DNA of 64,000 bases, from contig OZ287078.1 of assembly GCA_965645245.1 (NCBI GenBank), positions 744,001 to 808,000 on the forward strand, read 5' to 3'. This stretch comes from Massalongia carnosa (taxonomy: Eukaryota). Below the pieces are notes generated by a model. The model was not told the DNA's origin. It searched no databases and saw only the letters and a program-made list of their open reading frames with translations. A program made the position numbers and the translations under genes. Positions 47,923 to 60,100 of this stretch are shown here, piece after piece (position 1 is the first letter of the stretch; each line of letters starts with the position of its first letter).

Positions 47923-50262
47923 GGCTATTTTGAATCGGACTTCGCTCAAAATACTCTCTCGACCCCTTGAAGCGTACAAACTTACACTGAACGAGTAAAT
48001 TCAACGCTTTCTCCGCGATTTGTGTTTCAGCATGAGACTGCTTGAGATGTAGCTGAAAAGTGCAGTCGGCATCCTACCGCTTTACCTTGACGGAACATAG
48101 GTCAGGTCATGGTGATCTTCGAGAAGATTCTCAAACCTATTGAAAACCCTCGGAAACTGTTGTTCACTACTACTCCATTCCGTCCTTTGATTTTTCGAAT
48201 GTGGTTTCAGAACAGGGTTTCATTGAGAGTATTCAAGGCTTGCATCGACCGACTATGGTGTCTTTCTGAGTTTATAATGTGCCTTCCCTCGTGATTGAGC
48301 AGGCTTCAGGTCTACGAGATCCAACGATCAGCTTGCCACCTTCTCCACTCTTATGATACAATGGAAAAGCTTGATAGTAAACGATCTTGCACTCGAGAGC
48401 AATGCAGTTAAATATCATTTCCTAAACAGTGCTCCTGATATTCTGAGCTCTTTTCACCGCTGAATATCAGAACTCGATACAGATAAGACTCGAGACGGAC
48501 GAGCCTACACCATCGGTCCTCCTCCTTCTACACCATCGGTCCTCACCACGGAGACGCCAAAGGCCTCACCGTGGGGCGACCGTCAAACATAGATTTGCTC
48601 CTATCTCTTCGCATCAAAACAATGCTAATTTAACGCGTTCACACGCGTCGCAGACGTACGTACGGAAGAGGATACGAAGGCCAACCGCCGGGGGGTAGAA
48701 TGCACGCGTCCCTGCACCATGCTTCTAAGGGTTCAAGTCCCTTCATGCAGTCATCAGCTGGAAAAAGATGTGGACCAAAGGAGCCGCATCATCCCCCACC
48801 CGGGCACAGTCGACACGCGTTCTAGCTCCTGAGAGTTCAAGTCTCCCCATGCAGTCATCAGCTGGGATCAACAGAACGCGTAAAGGCACCGGGGCGAATG
48901 CTGTCACCTCAAGAAAACTCCATCTCGGAGCAGAATAACAATATCCCATTTAATAGGCCCGGCCTGTTAAATAAAATCGAGGAAAACAAAGTCACAAAAC
49001 ACATAGTCATCAATCACACGTTGTACAAAGCACACAGTCACAAAGCACACAGTCACAAACATACAGTCACAAACACACAGTCACAAAACACACAGTCACA
49101 AAAAACACAGTCACAAACCAATAACACGTCCCTGTGAAGGGGGTTCTGCGGGGGCTCGTTAAGACAGATCTGCACCCCGTTAATATCGGAGTACATATTT
49201 TTAGAGGTTCAAGTCCTTTCTAGCAGTCATCAGCTGAAAATAATGTATTTTGACACGGGCATGGTGTGGATTTGACACGGGTAGACCTCGATGGATCACA
49301 AAACGAATGAAAAGAGTTCAGCGGAACTTCGTTAATATTGTTCTCGAAGACCTCGTTAATAAGATTTTCATAGACCTCGTTAACAACGTTCGGTCATACT
49401 CTTAAAGGTTTAAGTCCTTTCATGCAGTCATCGGCTGAGAGCTAAAGACGTACGACACGGGTCAGCTATGTCTATCACACGGGGTCTCCTTCGTCTACAA
49501 CACGGAGCCCTCCGGCTGAAAGAAATAAAACATATAGACACATAGTGTAGGGTCACACCCTACACGATACAAGGGATTTGGGTTATGAAAACCATCCGAT
49601 TGATGGCTACCGTGAGCAACACGGCCCGAACCGGAGTCGTACCGGGGATGGTGGAGGCAACCTAGTCATCAAATAGGACACCCTTGGGACAAGAAGAGGG
49701 CAATATACGAGGAACCCGTTAATTGATAACAGTCTAGGCCCTGAGCTAATAGACGAATTTCAAACGAGCACCCCTCCGAGTTGTCCTCGACTTGTTTTGG
49801 TTAGTAGGGGCGGAAAATCGATACTATACTGCCTGGTCAGGAGCATAGCTGTCGAAATCCCTGCGAGACATGGTCGGTTCATAAACGGGAGACCTTTATG
49901 AATAACGCGAAGTGGGCGTAAAAAACCCGTGAGGCGTGGTATGCAATGGCGGCCACCGTACGGAGACCGTCTGCATAGCCCGAGAGGACAGTATGCGCAT
50001 GTCGGTGTATATAGAGCAGGGAATGTCTATCTCGCTCGTAACGAGACCCCGTCGGTTCGCCGGCGCATGGGCTACGGCTAGACTCGCCCTTGATATATGC
50101 TTAAGGAGTAAACTGGGTTTGACCTGGGCGAAAGGGACGTCGTTCACCCCAATCGTAGAATTCATCAATAGTCTTGGGCCGTAAAACGCACCAGTGAGAT
50201 GAACGAAAACTGGGATAGAGACTTCACGAAAGAGATGTCAACTCTATTTTATCATTCTTAGC
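47923..50262 (+). other. ~2.3-kb non-coding, repeat- and structure-rich segment fused 5' of a truncated LINE inside one TSD pair
   Basis: 14-bp TSD ACCAGCTTATTTTA (47909-47922 and 52789-52802) encloses this segment plus the LINE. No ORF over 90 aa. Confidence 0.8.
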
Positions 50263-52788
50263 GCAGTAATGAACGTCGTTCATGATATCGAAATTGCGAA
50301 TCGAAATAAAAGCGTTTTATCCTGTTTATTACTCGATGTCAAAGGCGCATTTGACTTTGTCTCGATTAATCAACTGCTAAATGTCATGAAAAAGCTGAAA
50401 TTATCTCGCATAATAATTCAATGGGTCAAGCATTTCATGACAAAACGATCGATCAATTTGATATTCGATGAAAACAAAAGCAAAACATATTATGTCGAAT
50501 CAGGAATTCCACAAGGTTCACCAATCTCGCCTATTCTATTTCTGATTTACATTCGTCACTTGTTTCCGAAAATACGAATGAAATTTAATGCACATTCTCC
50601 CAGTTTTATTGACGATGTTGCAATATATGTCGAAAATAAAACTGCAAAACAAAATTGCAAAGAAATCGAAATCATAGTCAAAACAGCTTTTGATTGGGCC
50701 GCATCGAATAATGTCAAATTTGATGACGATAAATCCGAGCTGATTCACTTCGAAAAGACAAGAAATGTATCGAAAGACACATTGGAATTACCAAACGGGA
50801 CAGTACTAGAACCGAAAAATGTAGTCAAATGGTTGGGCGTCTGGTTAGACCGGAAACTGAATTTCAAAAAACACGTCGAAACGCGAATCTCTTCTGCGAA
50901 TCGATCGTTTTTTGCAATTCAGAATTTGATGAAATCCGAATGGGGTCTGAAACCGACCGCATGCAGACAGCTCTATTTGTCATGCATTATTCCTATTTCG
51001 GACTATGGCTCAGAAATTTGGTATAATGGTCAAAAGAAATATGAAAAACTATTTCAGAACCTACAAAATCGAATGATTCGAAAGATTTTAGGAACTTTCA
51101 AAACCACACCTATTCAGGCGATGGAAATTGAATCACATGTTTTACCAGTTAAACTTCGATTATTAATGAAAAATCAAAAATACGCAATTCGATTATTGAA
51201 GATTGCCGAAAATAACCCTATTTGTCAAAGAATTCCAAATACATATTCGATAAAATTCGAAAACATCGGTTTTGACACTAGTTTATGGAACAACAAATAT
51301 GCCGAATGGAACGAAGACGAAAAACAAACAAATAAACGACATCCTAGTCAGCTCATTCGCGTTCTTCATTCCGTTTCCGACATAGTTCACAAAACTGATG
51401 AGTTTGAACAATCAAACCATTTTATTAAACCTTGGAAATCGCCGTGCAAAATCGAATTTCAAATCGAAAATACAAAGGAATCTGCTAAATCAAGTTATTA
51501 TTCGACCTTATCCAAAATTCAATCAATGAACTCCGATAAATCCCGAGTTTTACTTTATACGGATGGATCAAAAATCGAATTTGCAACGTCTGCAGTCACA
51601 TTTGCGCCAATTATGAGGAATTGGAGTAGTATTATCAATAATTTTGATCGATTTATCGAAAAAGATTGTCTGATCAAGTATCATACGATTTCGAAAAGCT
51701 GGAAATTAAGCAAACAGTCAAGCATTAAAAATGCTGAACTGCATGCAATTTTACAAGCAATGAAATGGGTCTATAAATTGTCTAATACTAATATTTTATC
51801 GAACTTGGAAAAAACGATTTGGATTTTTTCTGATAGTATAAACGCGATAAACGAAATTCAGAACTTGAAAAATCATATTTTCGCAAGACAAATTCGAAAG
51901 CTCGCAAAACGCTTATTTGAAAGCAATTATCAGGTGATTTTGCAATGGGTTCCGAGTCATTCGAATATTACCGAAAACGAAATTGCAGACAAAATAGCAA
52001 AGACGGGCCATAATCAAATCCTAGTCGAGTCCTCGGCTATAACATTTGATTATGTAAAAGATCAAATAAATCAAAATATGCTAACCACATGGACGAATCA
52101 ATGGCAACAATGCAAATCAAAAGGCAAATACTACGAGAAATTCGAAATGAAACCTGGCATATCGAGATTTTATTATTTATCAAACAACTGTTCCAAATTG
52201 ATATTTGCTACTATTATGCAATTAAAATTCGGACACGGCTATTTTCGATCATATTTACATCGATTGAAAGATTATAATTCGTCAAAATGCTCAAATCGAT
52301 GCAATCAACGACAAACGCCAGAACACTTGTTATTGAATTGCATTCACTATTTCGATGAAATTCAAAACATGAAACAAACCATCGATACTACGATCAACTT
52401 GAATATGTTGTTTAATACAAAAATCGGAAATGACATTTTGATTAAATTCATTGTCAATAACAAAATCGCGAATAGAAAATGGATACTAGGTCAGCTTGAT
52501 GACGATATTTTCGAAACTGGAGGTTGGGGAGAGATCGAACAGTAAAATCAGAAACGATTTATGCTGAAACAGTTACGAACTTACAAAGATAAATTGTAAA
52601 ATCGATATTTTTCGATTACTATAGGTTGTTACTAACACGGAGTAAAAATGGGGAAAAATTGACGATACATAGATGGGTTATAAAGGGTTGATTTATTTGT
52701 AATATAGAAACATATCCTAAAATAGTTTAGTGTCATAACCTTAGGTTGAATACACTTAATGAATAAATAAAAAAAATTAAATAAAAAA
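50263..52788 (+). mobile_element. 5'-truncated Tad1-like LINE, subfamily A (open RT C-half + RNase H + CCHC, ORF 50269-52545), 3' UTR and A-rich tail
   Basis: DVKGAFD, GIPQGSPISP, FIDD, YTDGS, AEL, FSDS, WVPSH, NEIAD, QTPEHLLLNC. Closely similar to 58858-61378. Confidence 0.92.
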
Positions 52789-55544
52789 ACCAGCTTATTT
52801 TATATTTCAAGGAGTTCGAGTACAGCAAGCCTGGCTAGGTCCTATCAAGGATAATAGGACCACCTTACAAGTCAGTCCCAATGGATGGACCACCAACGAA
52901 ATAGCACTCCATTGGCTGAAAGAGGTGTTCGATTTGCATACTCGACATACGCAGGGCGTTTATAGACTTCTTATACTCGATGGATACGAAAGTCATGTAT
53001 CTATCGATTTTATGACTTATTGCGAGCAACATAAAATCATACAGCTTTGTTTGCCCCCTCATTCAACTCATCTATTGCAACCTCTAGATGTGGGCGTTTT
53101 TTCACCTCTAGCTAAGGCCTATAAAAAACGGGTAGCAAATCACTCTCGCTATAGGGCCGTCAACGTTTCGAAGATAGATTTGGCTAGAAAGGAGGCCATG
53201 ACTATTATCAACATCAGCTCTGCATGACGAGGTGCAGGTCTAGTACCACTCGATCCAAATTATGTTCTAGCTAAAGTATCGAGATCAAAACCTTTTCCGC
53301 GTGATATTAACGCTATCAGTACTCCGAAAACAATCAAGAAAATCAGAGAGACTAGTGAGAACCTTCTACAAAATATAACTCCGTCTCTTCGAGGGCCTGT
53401 TGAACAGCTGAAAATCATAGCTCTTAATGCTATTGCTGATAAAACCATTCTAACACACTCAAATCAGGAGCTTATTGATAAACAAAAGACTCGACGTACA
53501 AAGCAGTCTAGAAAGGGTTGTGAAAAGGCTAAGATGCTGACTGTGGGTGCAGCACGTACAATGATGGAAGAAAAGGAGAAGGCGGCTGAGGCAATATCCA
53601 ATCAAAAGGCTAGATATCATGCCTTAAACGGAAAGGTAAAATTTGCGAAAATAGTATATAAAGAGATGGGTATGGATATTGATATTTTCATGTAATTATA
53701 TTGGAAATAGATGATGATAAAATCATGTAATAATGGTTGTTAAGTTGATAAGATGATTTGGTCAAATTTTTGGTGGGGTGGCCCGACTGGGTAGCTGGCC
53801 CGTTTGGCTAGTAAATACGTTATAGGTGCCCCGCGCCCGGTACGTCATCGTACCTCCTTAGGCGCTCATGTATTGCGCCCGCTGGCTAGCAGTACTGAGT
53901 ACCGCTGTAACACATTGATAACATCAATTTTCTACTAACAAAGAAAACAATCAAGCCTATAGCAACGCTGGAAATGATTGATTGAAAATTGAATAGGGTG
54001 CTGGAACAAACTAGCAAAGTTCCAGAAACAACGGGACAATCGGTGCGACCTACGCAAGCAAATTCGAATGGAAATTCGAATTTGATTAAAAACGTCAACC
54101 AAGCCATCCGGAGGGGAACAGCCGGGGTCCCGGGGCCGCAGCTCAACGATTCAACTAAAACATGGAGTCAAATGCTCGGAATAGCAACTGCTAATTCCAA
54201 AAATTAGACTACCGTTTCTCGAACGAAAAAATCGAATAACAATTCTAACTCGAACAAATTCGATAATACGGAAGATTTCAACGCGATTAAATCAAGACGA
54301 TTAATAATTACACCGAAAGCTCAAATCGGCGACATCGATTCACTTTTTTTATTATTCATTAAGTGTATTCAACCTAAGGTTATGACACTAAACTATTTTA
54401 GGATATGTTTCTATAATACAAATAAATCAACCCTTTATAACCAATCTCTGAATCGTCAATTTTGCCCCGTTTTTACTCCGTGTTAGTAACAACCAATATC
54501 AATCGAATTTCGATTTTACAATTTGTCTTTGTAAAGTTCGCAAATGTTTCAGCATAAATCAATTCTGATTTTACTGTTCGATCTCTCCCCAACCTCCCGT
54601 TTCGACAATTTCCAGCTGGCAAGCATTCGTCAAACGCCAGCAGCAATAAGCCAACCCCCAAAATATCGGTACCCTATATTTTGATATACTGAAACTTTCC
54701 CAACTTATTCTCCTCATTCTTCTCATTCATTTGAGCCTACCAGAAGCTTAAACCCATCAGAATTGGGTACAGGAGAGCTCTTCCACTGCTCCTGCAGAGT
54801 TTTCCTCGCGGTCTGTCCGCCCCTTAACCAAAAAACGCGTCCAAAAAATCTACAAAATACAAAAACACCAACAACAACGTCAAAAATCGCTCGATTTTCG
54901 ATATTTCTTCGGTTTAATTGTCGCATAGATCTCATCTATTATCACAAAAATTATCTACAAAATATCATCACTGTCGCGTAACTGTACAACCTGTTCTCGA
55001 GACAACAAAACTTCTTGGTGTTCATTTGAAATTTAAGGTTACCGGTACCGTATACACTATTCCATTTTGGGTTTTTTCGATTTTCGTTGAACTGCCGACC
55101 AACAATCTGCTGAAACGAAGGGGAAAAACGTCTCAAATAGGGTTAAACCAAAGGCCCTGTTTCAGGCTAACCAGAATAGGAAGTCTCATCTCTCTCATTG
55201 TACTTGATTTTTATTTCTGGATCAAAAACATTTTTTAAAAAAAAAAAAAAATTTTTTCTGTTCGATCGTAAAATTCTTATTATATTCCATATATCGCAGT
55301 GTCAAGGTAAAGAGTTAAATAAGATCTATTGCCTAAGCGAGGAACGGTCTATTTTAACTCGACTAGGATTTATTTGACTTGTTATTGTCAAATAAATAGG
55401 GTTTGGAAAGCAAGAGTCTTTAGACCAGTAAATCGGTGTAAAAACTCTCTATTCTGACTATTACGTCCGGGGAACGTCAGAATAAATTATTTGGTGGCGA
55501 TAAAGGGGATATAGCAAAGGCAACATTGATTTATTTATAAATCC

Positions 55545-57127
55545 ATGTTTAACGCGGTAATGAACCGCCGGAATATACCAAGGACACCACCCCCAGCGGG
55601 TCCCGCCCCCCTATCGACCCCTTACCCGGCCCCCCCCCGACACTCCCCGGGACCATCTCCGGTAGCGTTGATAGGGAGCTCTCCCCGTCTTGAACCTATG
55701 GATCAAACTCGCGAATATGCATCAGCCCCGTCAACACCGACACCAAAGGCAACGAAATTCCCATCGGGTCCATTTTCCACTATCTTGCCGATGCCTTCAT
55801 TGAACTTAAACATTGGATCAAGCCCACCAATCAAACGAAATAAAAGACGCACATTTGACGAACATTCGAGAGATAGGCAAGAAGCGATCAATCGGGCAAA
55901 TTCAATTGAGCTTCTAAAGTCGGCCAAAAAAGCATTATTGCAATCATATGTACTGGACCAAATCCACAAACGGCTATCGTAATTGACAACGTTAATTCGT
56001 TGATTTCGAAAAAATCAATCAATTTACAAACATCCTTAGATATGATTAACTATAAAATGGGCATAGTACTTGATCAAACTAGTCATCTTTCCTCAAAAAC
56101 GTCACAACAACAAACGACTCCACTACAGAATGGTCCAAAAATCCAAAAACCTGTTGTTAAATTGAACGAAAATTCAATTATCGAAAATCAGACCATTCGC
56201 AAAGGAGCTACCGGGGTCTCTGGTAACAATGTTAGCACAACCGGTACATGGAGTCAAATGCTTGGAAAAGCAACCGAAAACTCCGAAAATTGGACTACTA
56301 TTCAAAGGAAAAGTTCGAATCATAATTCGAACAAAGTCGATCGATTTGATGCAATCAAGGCCAGACGACTCGTGATTTCACCGAAAAATCCTGACGCTCA
56401 AATCGACTCTATGAAGTTGCGTGATGAAATTAACGCGCTATTAAAAAACGCAAATTTAAACATCATCGTCAATACTGTTGAAAAGTCCAAAACCGGTCAG
56501 AATATCGTTCTCACCACTAGCCCTGACAACAATGCCGAAGAATTGTTGAAAAATAAATCTTCATGGGAACACATTTTCGAATCACAAAGAATTCGAAAAG
56601 ACGAATCCTGGTTTAAAGTCATAGCACACGGAGTAAATATCTCGTTATTCGATAATAACATGCAATATTTGCAAACCGAAATCGAAAAATACAATTCGAA
56701 TATGCAACTATGCGATTTACCAAGATGGCTTGCTCGGGATCGTCAAAACAAAGTCACGTCGTCGGTAGTTTTGACTTTCAATAATCAAAATCAAGCGTCA
56801 AACGCGTTAAGAGGCGTGAATATCGCGGGTAGACATTGTGACACGGAAATATTTGCTTCCGTTCGTCCAAACACGCAATGTATTAATTGTCATAAATTTG
56901 GACATAAGCATTATCAATGCAAAAGTCCGGCAAAATGCAATATATGCGCACAAAGTCATGAAACGCATAATCATGAATGCACAACATGCAAGTCTAAAAT
57001 CGCATGCGCACATGCAATTCTGAAATGCGTCAATTGCAACAAAAATCATCAATCGAACGATATAGGTTGCGAAATGTTTATCTCGCTAAATCCTAGAAAA
57101 TCGAATGATGAATTAATGCTTGGTTAA
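55545..57127 (+). pseudogene. LINE ORF1 (gag-like, C-terminal Cys/His knuckles), 1-nt frameshift near 55962
   Basis: CINCHKFGH..C, CNICAQSH, CVNCNKNH..C. The frameshift is evident against the 47 kb copy (DQNPxTAIVID). Confidence 0.85.
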
Positions 57128-60100
57128 TGGCGGGACAACATTCGTTGACAAATATCGAAAATACACAAAATGTCAAATTTATTCAACATAATTGTGCAAA
57201 GTCAACGAATGCAATGATTTCGTGTCTGGAATATGCATTATTAAATCGTGTTGATATTGTTTTATTTCAGGAACCATGGACGCGAGATCAAAAAACAATT
57301 TCCCATCCGTCATTCACATGTATTATGCCGAAAATAGCGACTTATCGGCCGAGAGTAGCTATATTCGTTACAAAATGAAATCCAAAATTACAATGCACGC
57401 CTAGAACGGATCTTATAAACGATACTGATCTGCAAATTATCGAAATTACAATTGATGAAGTTCGAAAAGTGCAGATCTTTAACCTTTACAATGAAAAAAG
57501 TCTAAACGATCGAGAAACATATACAATCGATCGACTTTTAGTTAAATATAAACCTATATCAACTGATCAATTTGTCATATGTGGAGATTTCAATGCACAT
57601 CATAGCTGGTGGAATTCGAAGATTCAAAATGCAATTCGATCAGAAAATCTAGTCAAATGGTTAAAATTAAACAAATGTAGTTTGATAAATACGCCTGATC
57701 TATATACATTTTTTACTCATTCAGGAAACTCTTCATCTATTATTGATTTAACATTTGCAAATTCTAAAATCGAAAACGCAATTACAAATTGGTCAATCGA
57801 TGAAAACGCAGTCACGGGTTCAGATCATGAAGTTATTCGATTTGAACTTATCGCGTCTTTCAAGAACTTGACGTCACACGCAACCGCATTATCGAATAAA
57901 TACAACTGTAATAAAGCCGATTGGGATAAATTCGCGAAGTTTCTAGACGAAAATGCAGTAAACTACGAGTCCCAAATACAAAGTCTATTGAACAATTATC
58001 AATTTGATGAATCAGCGTTATATTTGCAAAACGTTATCAAAAACGCGGCTGAAATGTTTATTCCGAAGACAAAAATATGCGCAAAATCGAAAAATTGGTG
58101 GTCGCAAGATTTATCCGGACTTCGAAAAATCATGTGTAGACATCGTCGAGAATGGAAGAATAATCCGTCCTATTTTAGTCATCAAACATTTAGACATAGT
58201 CGAATCGAGTACTTTCATGCAATTCGAAAAGCGAAACAGCAAACTTGGTTGGCTTTCCTCGAAAACGCAGCGAATAAAGACGTATTTACAGCTTATAAAT
58301 ACACTAAACCGCGCATGTTCGAAAAAATACCACCTAATCAATATGAAAATAAGTTAAATGTTCAATTCGATCACAAATGCGATGCGTTTGTGTCAGCAAT
58401 GTACCCAAAAAACCCGTTCACGGATGATAATATTGAAGATTTAACGAATCAAGACAGCGAAAATGACAACAATTGGCCGAATTTAACCGAAAATGAATTG
58501 CAAAATGCGATTAGTTTGTTTAATCCAAAGAAATCATGTGGACCTGATGCAATCAATTTCACAATAATTCAAAAATCGTTTCAACCATTGAAAAACGTGT
58601 TTTTTACTATTTATTCTAAGTTTATACAAATCGGTTTTCACCCGTTATGTTGGCGAACAGGACTCGGTGCTGTTTTAAAAAAACCTAATAAACCAGACTA
58701 CTCGCTGCCAAAATCATATCGAATTATTACCTTACTGAATTGTCTTGGTAAAATTGCGGAGAAAATAGTTGCTAATCGACTAGCCTACCTCGGCGAAAAT
58801 TCGAGCTTGTTAGATACCGAACAAATGGGCGGACGGAAAAATCATTCTGCAATCGATGCGGTAATGAACGTCGTTCATGATATCGAAATCGCAAACCGAA
58901 ACAAAAACGTTTTATCATGTCTATTACTCGATGTCAAAGGAGCATTTGACTTTGTTTCGATTAATCAATTGCTAAATGTCATGAAAAAGCTGCATTTATC
59001 TCGCATAGTTATTCAATGGGTCAAGCATTTTATGACAAAACGATCGATCAATTTGATATTCGATGAACACAAAAGCAAAACGTACTATATTGAATCTGGA
59101 ATTCCACAAGGTTCACCAACTTCGCCAATTCTATTTCTGATTTATATTCGTTACTTATTTCCGAAAATACGAATGAAATTCAATGCTCATTCACCTAGCT
59201 TTATAGACAATATTGCAATATATGTCGAAAATAAAACTGCCACACAGAATTGCAAAGAAATCGAAATTATCGTCAAAACAGCTTTTGATTGGGCGGCAAC
59301 GAATAATGTCAAATTTGATGACGACAAATCTGAGTTGATTCACTTCGAAAAGTCAAGAAATGCATCAAAAGACAAAGTGCAATTACCAAACGGGACAATA
59401 CTAGAACCGAAAAATTCTGTCAAATGGTTAGGAGTCTGGTTAGACCGAAAACTAAATTACAAAAAACACGTCGAAACGCGAATTGCTTCTGCAAATCGAT
59501 CGTTTTTCGCAATTCAAAATTTAATGAAGTCTGAATGGGGACTAAAGCCAACTGCATGCAGACAGCTCTATCTGTCATGTATTATTCCTATTTCGGACTA
59601 TGGCTCAGAAATCTGGTATAACGGTCAAAAGAAATATGAAAAGCTATTTCAGAATCTGCAAAATCGAATGATTCGAAAGATTTTAGGCACATTCAAAACC
59701 ACGCCTGTTCAGGCGATAGAAATTGAATGGCATATTTTACCAGCCAAGCTACGATTGTTGATGAATAATCAAAAATACGCAATTCGATTATTGAAGATTG
59801 CCGAAAATAATCCTATTTGTCAAAGAATTCCCAGTACCTATTCTGTGAAATTCGAAAACATCGGTTTTGACACTAGTTTATGGAACAACAGATATTCTGA
59901 ATGGAACGAAGACGAGAAAAAATCGAGTAAACCTCATCCTAGTCAGCTTATCCGTATTCTTCATTCCGTTTCGGATATAGTTCACAAAACTGATGAATTC
60001 GAATCAGTAAATAATTTCATCAAACCATGGAAGCCGTCTTGTAAAATCAAGTTCCAAATCGAAAGATCCAAAGAAACAGCAAAGTCAAGTTATTATTCGA

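Larger units (their letters stand above)
47151..53820 (+). mobile_element. pogo/Fot1-like transposon #2; transposase 47253-47922 + 52803-~53695
   Basis: TA|ACGTATTTACTAGCCAATCGGGCCAGCTACCCA..TGGGTAGCTGGCCCGTTTGGCTAGTAAATACGT|TA. YNMDEK, LILDGYESH, LPPHSTHLLQPLDVG. Confidence 0.92.
47055..53912. mobile_element. Short solo LTR (~186 bp) hosting pogo #2
   Basis: TGTAACA...TGTAACA termini, 5-bp TSD CATTG (47050-47054 and 53913-53917). Confidence 0.72.
45652..54343 (+). mobile_element. Tad1-like LINE 5' part (5' UTR + decayed ORF1), split by a solo LTR at 47055 and cut at 54344
   Basis: Collinear with 54677-56410 in UTR and ORF1 (PPIKRNKRRTFDE; DQNPETAIVI|DNIN; TWSQMLG). Confidence 0.8.

Noticed and set aside
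48730..49437. Hammerhead ribozymes (CTGATGA on the minus strand) or tRNA genes (GGTTCAAGTCC)
   Set aside because: No stem II followed by GAAA after CUGAUGA, and no cloverleaf or A-box at tRNA spacing.
48730..49437. CRISPR-like array from the 31-bp repeats
   Set aside because: Eukaryotic context, degenerate repeats, very unequal gaps (about 70-340 bp), no cas genes.
47923..50262. Calling the passenger the telomerase RNA
   Set aside because: Size and a P6/P6.1-like hairpin pair are suggestive, but I found no TAACCCTAA-type template and no clear Sm site. AAACCTATTGAAAACC near 48133 is only a speculative non-canonical template.
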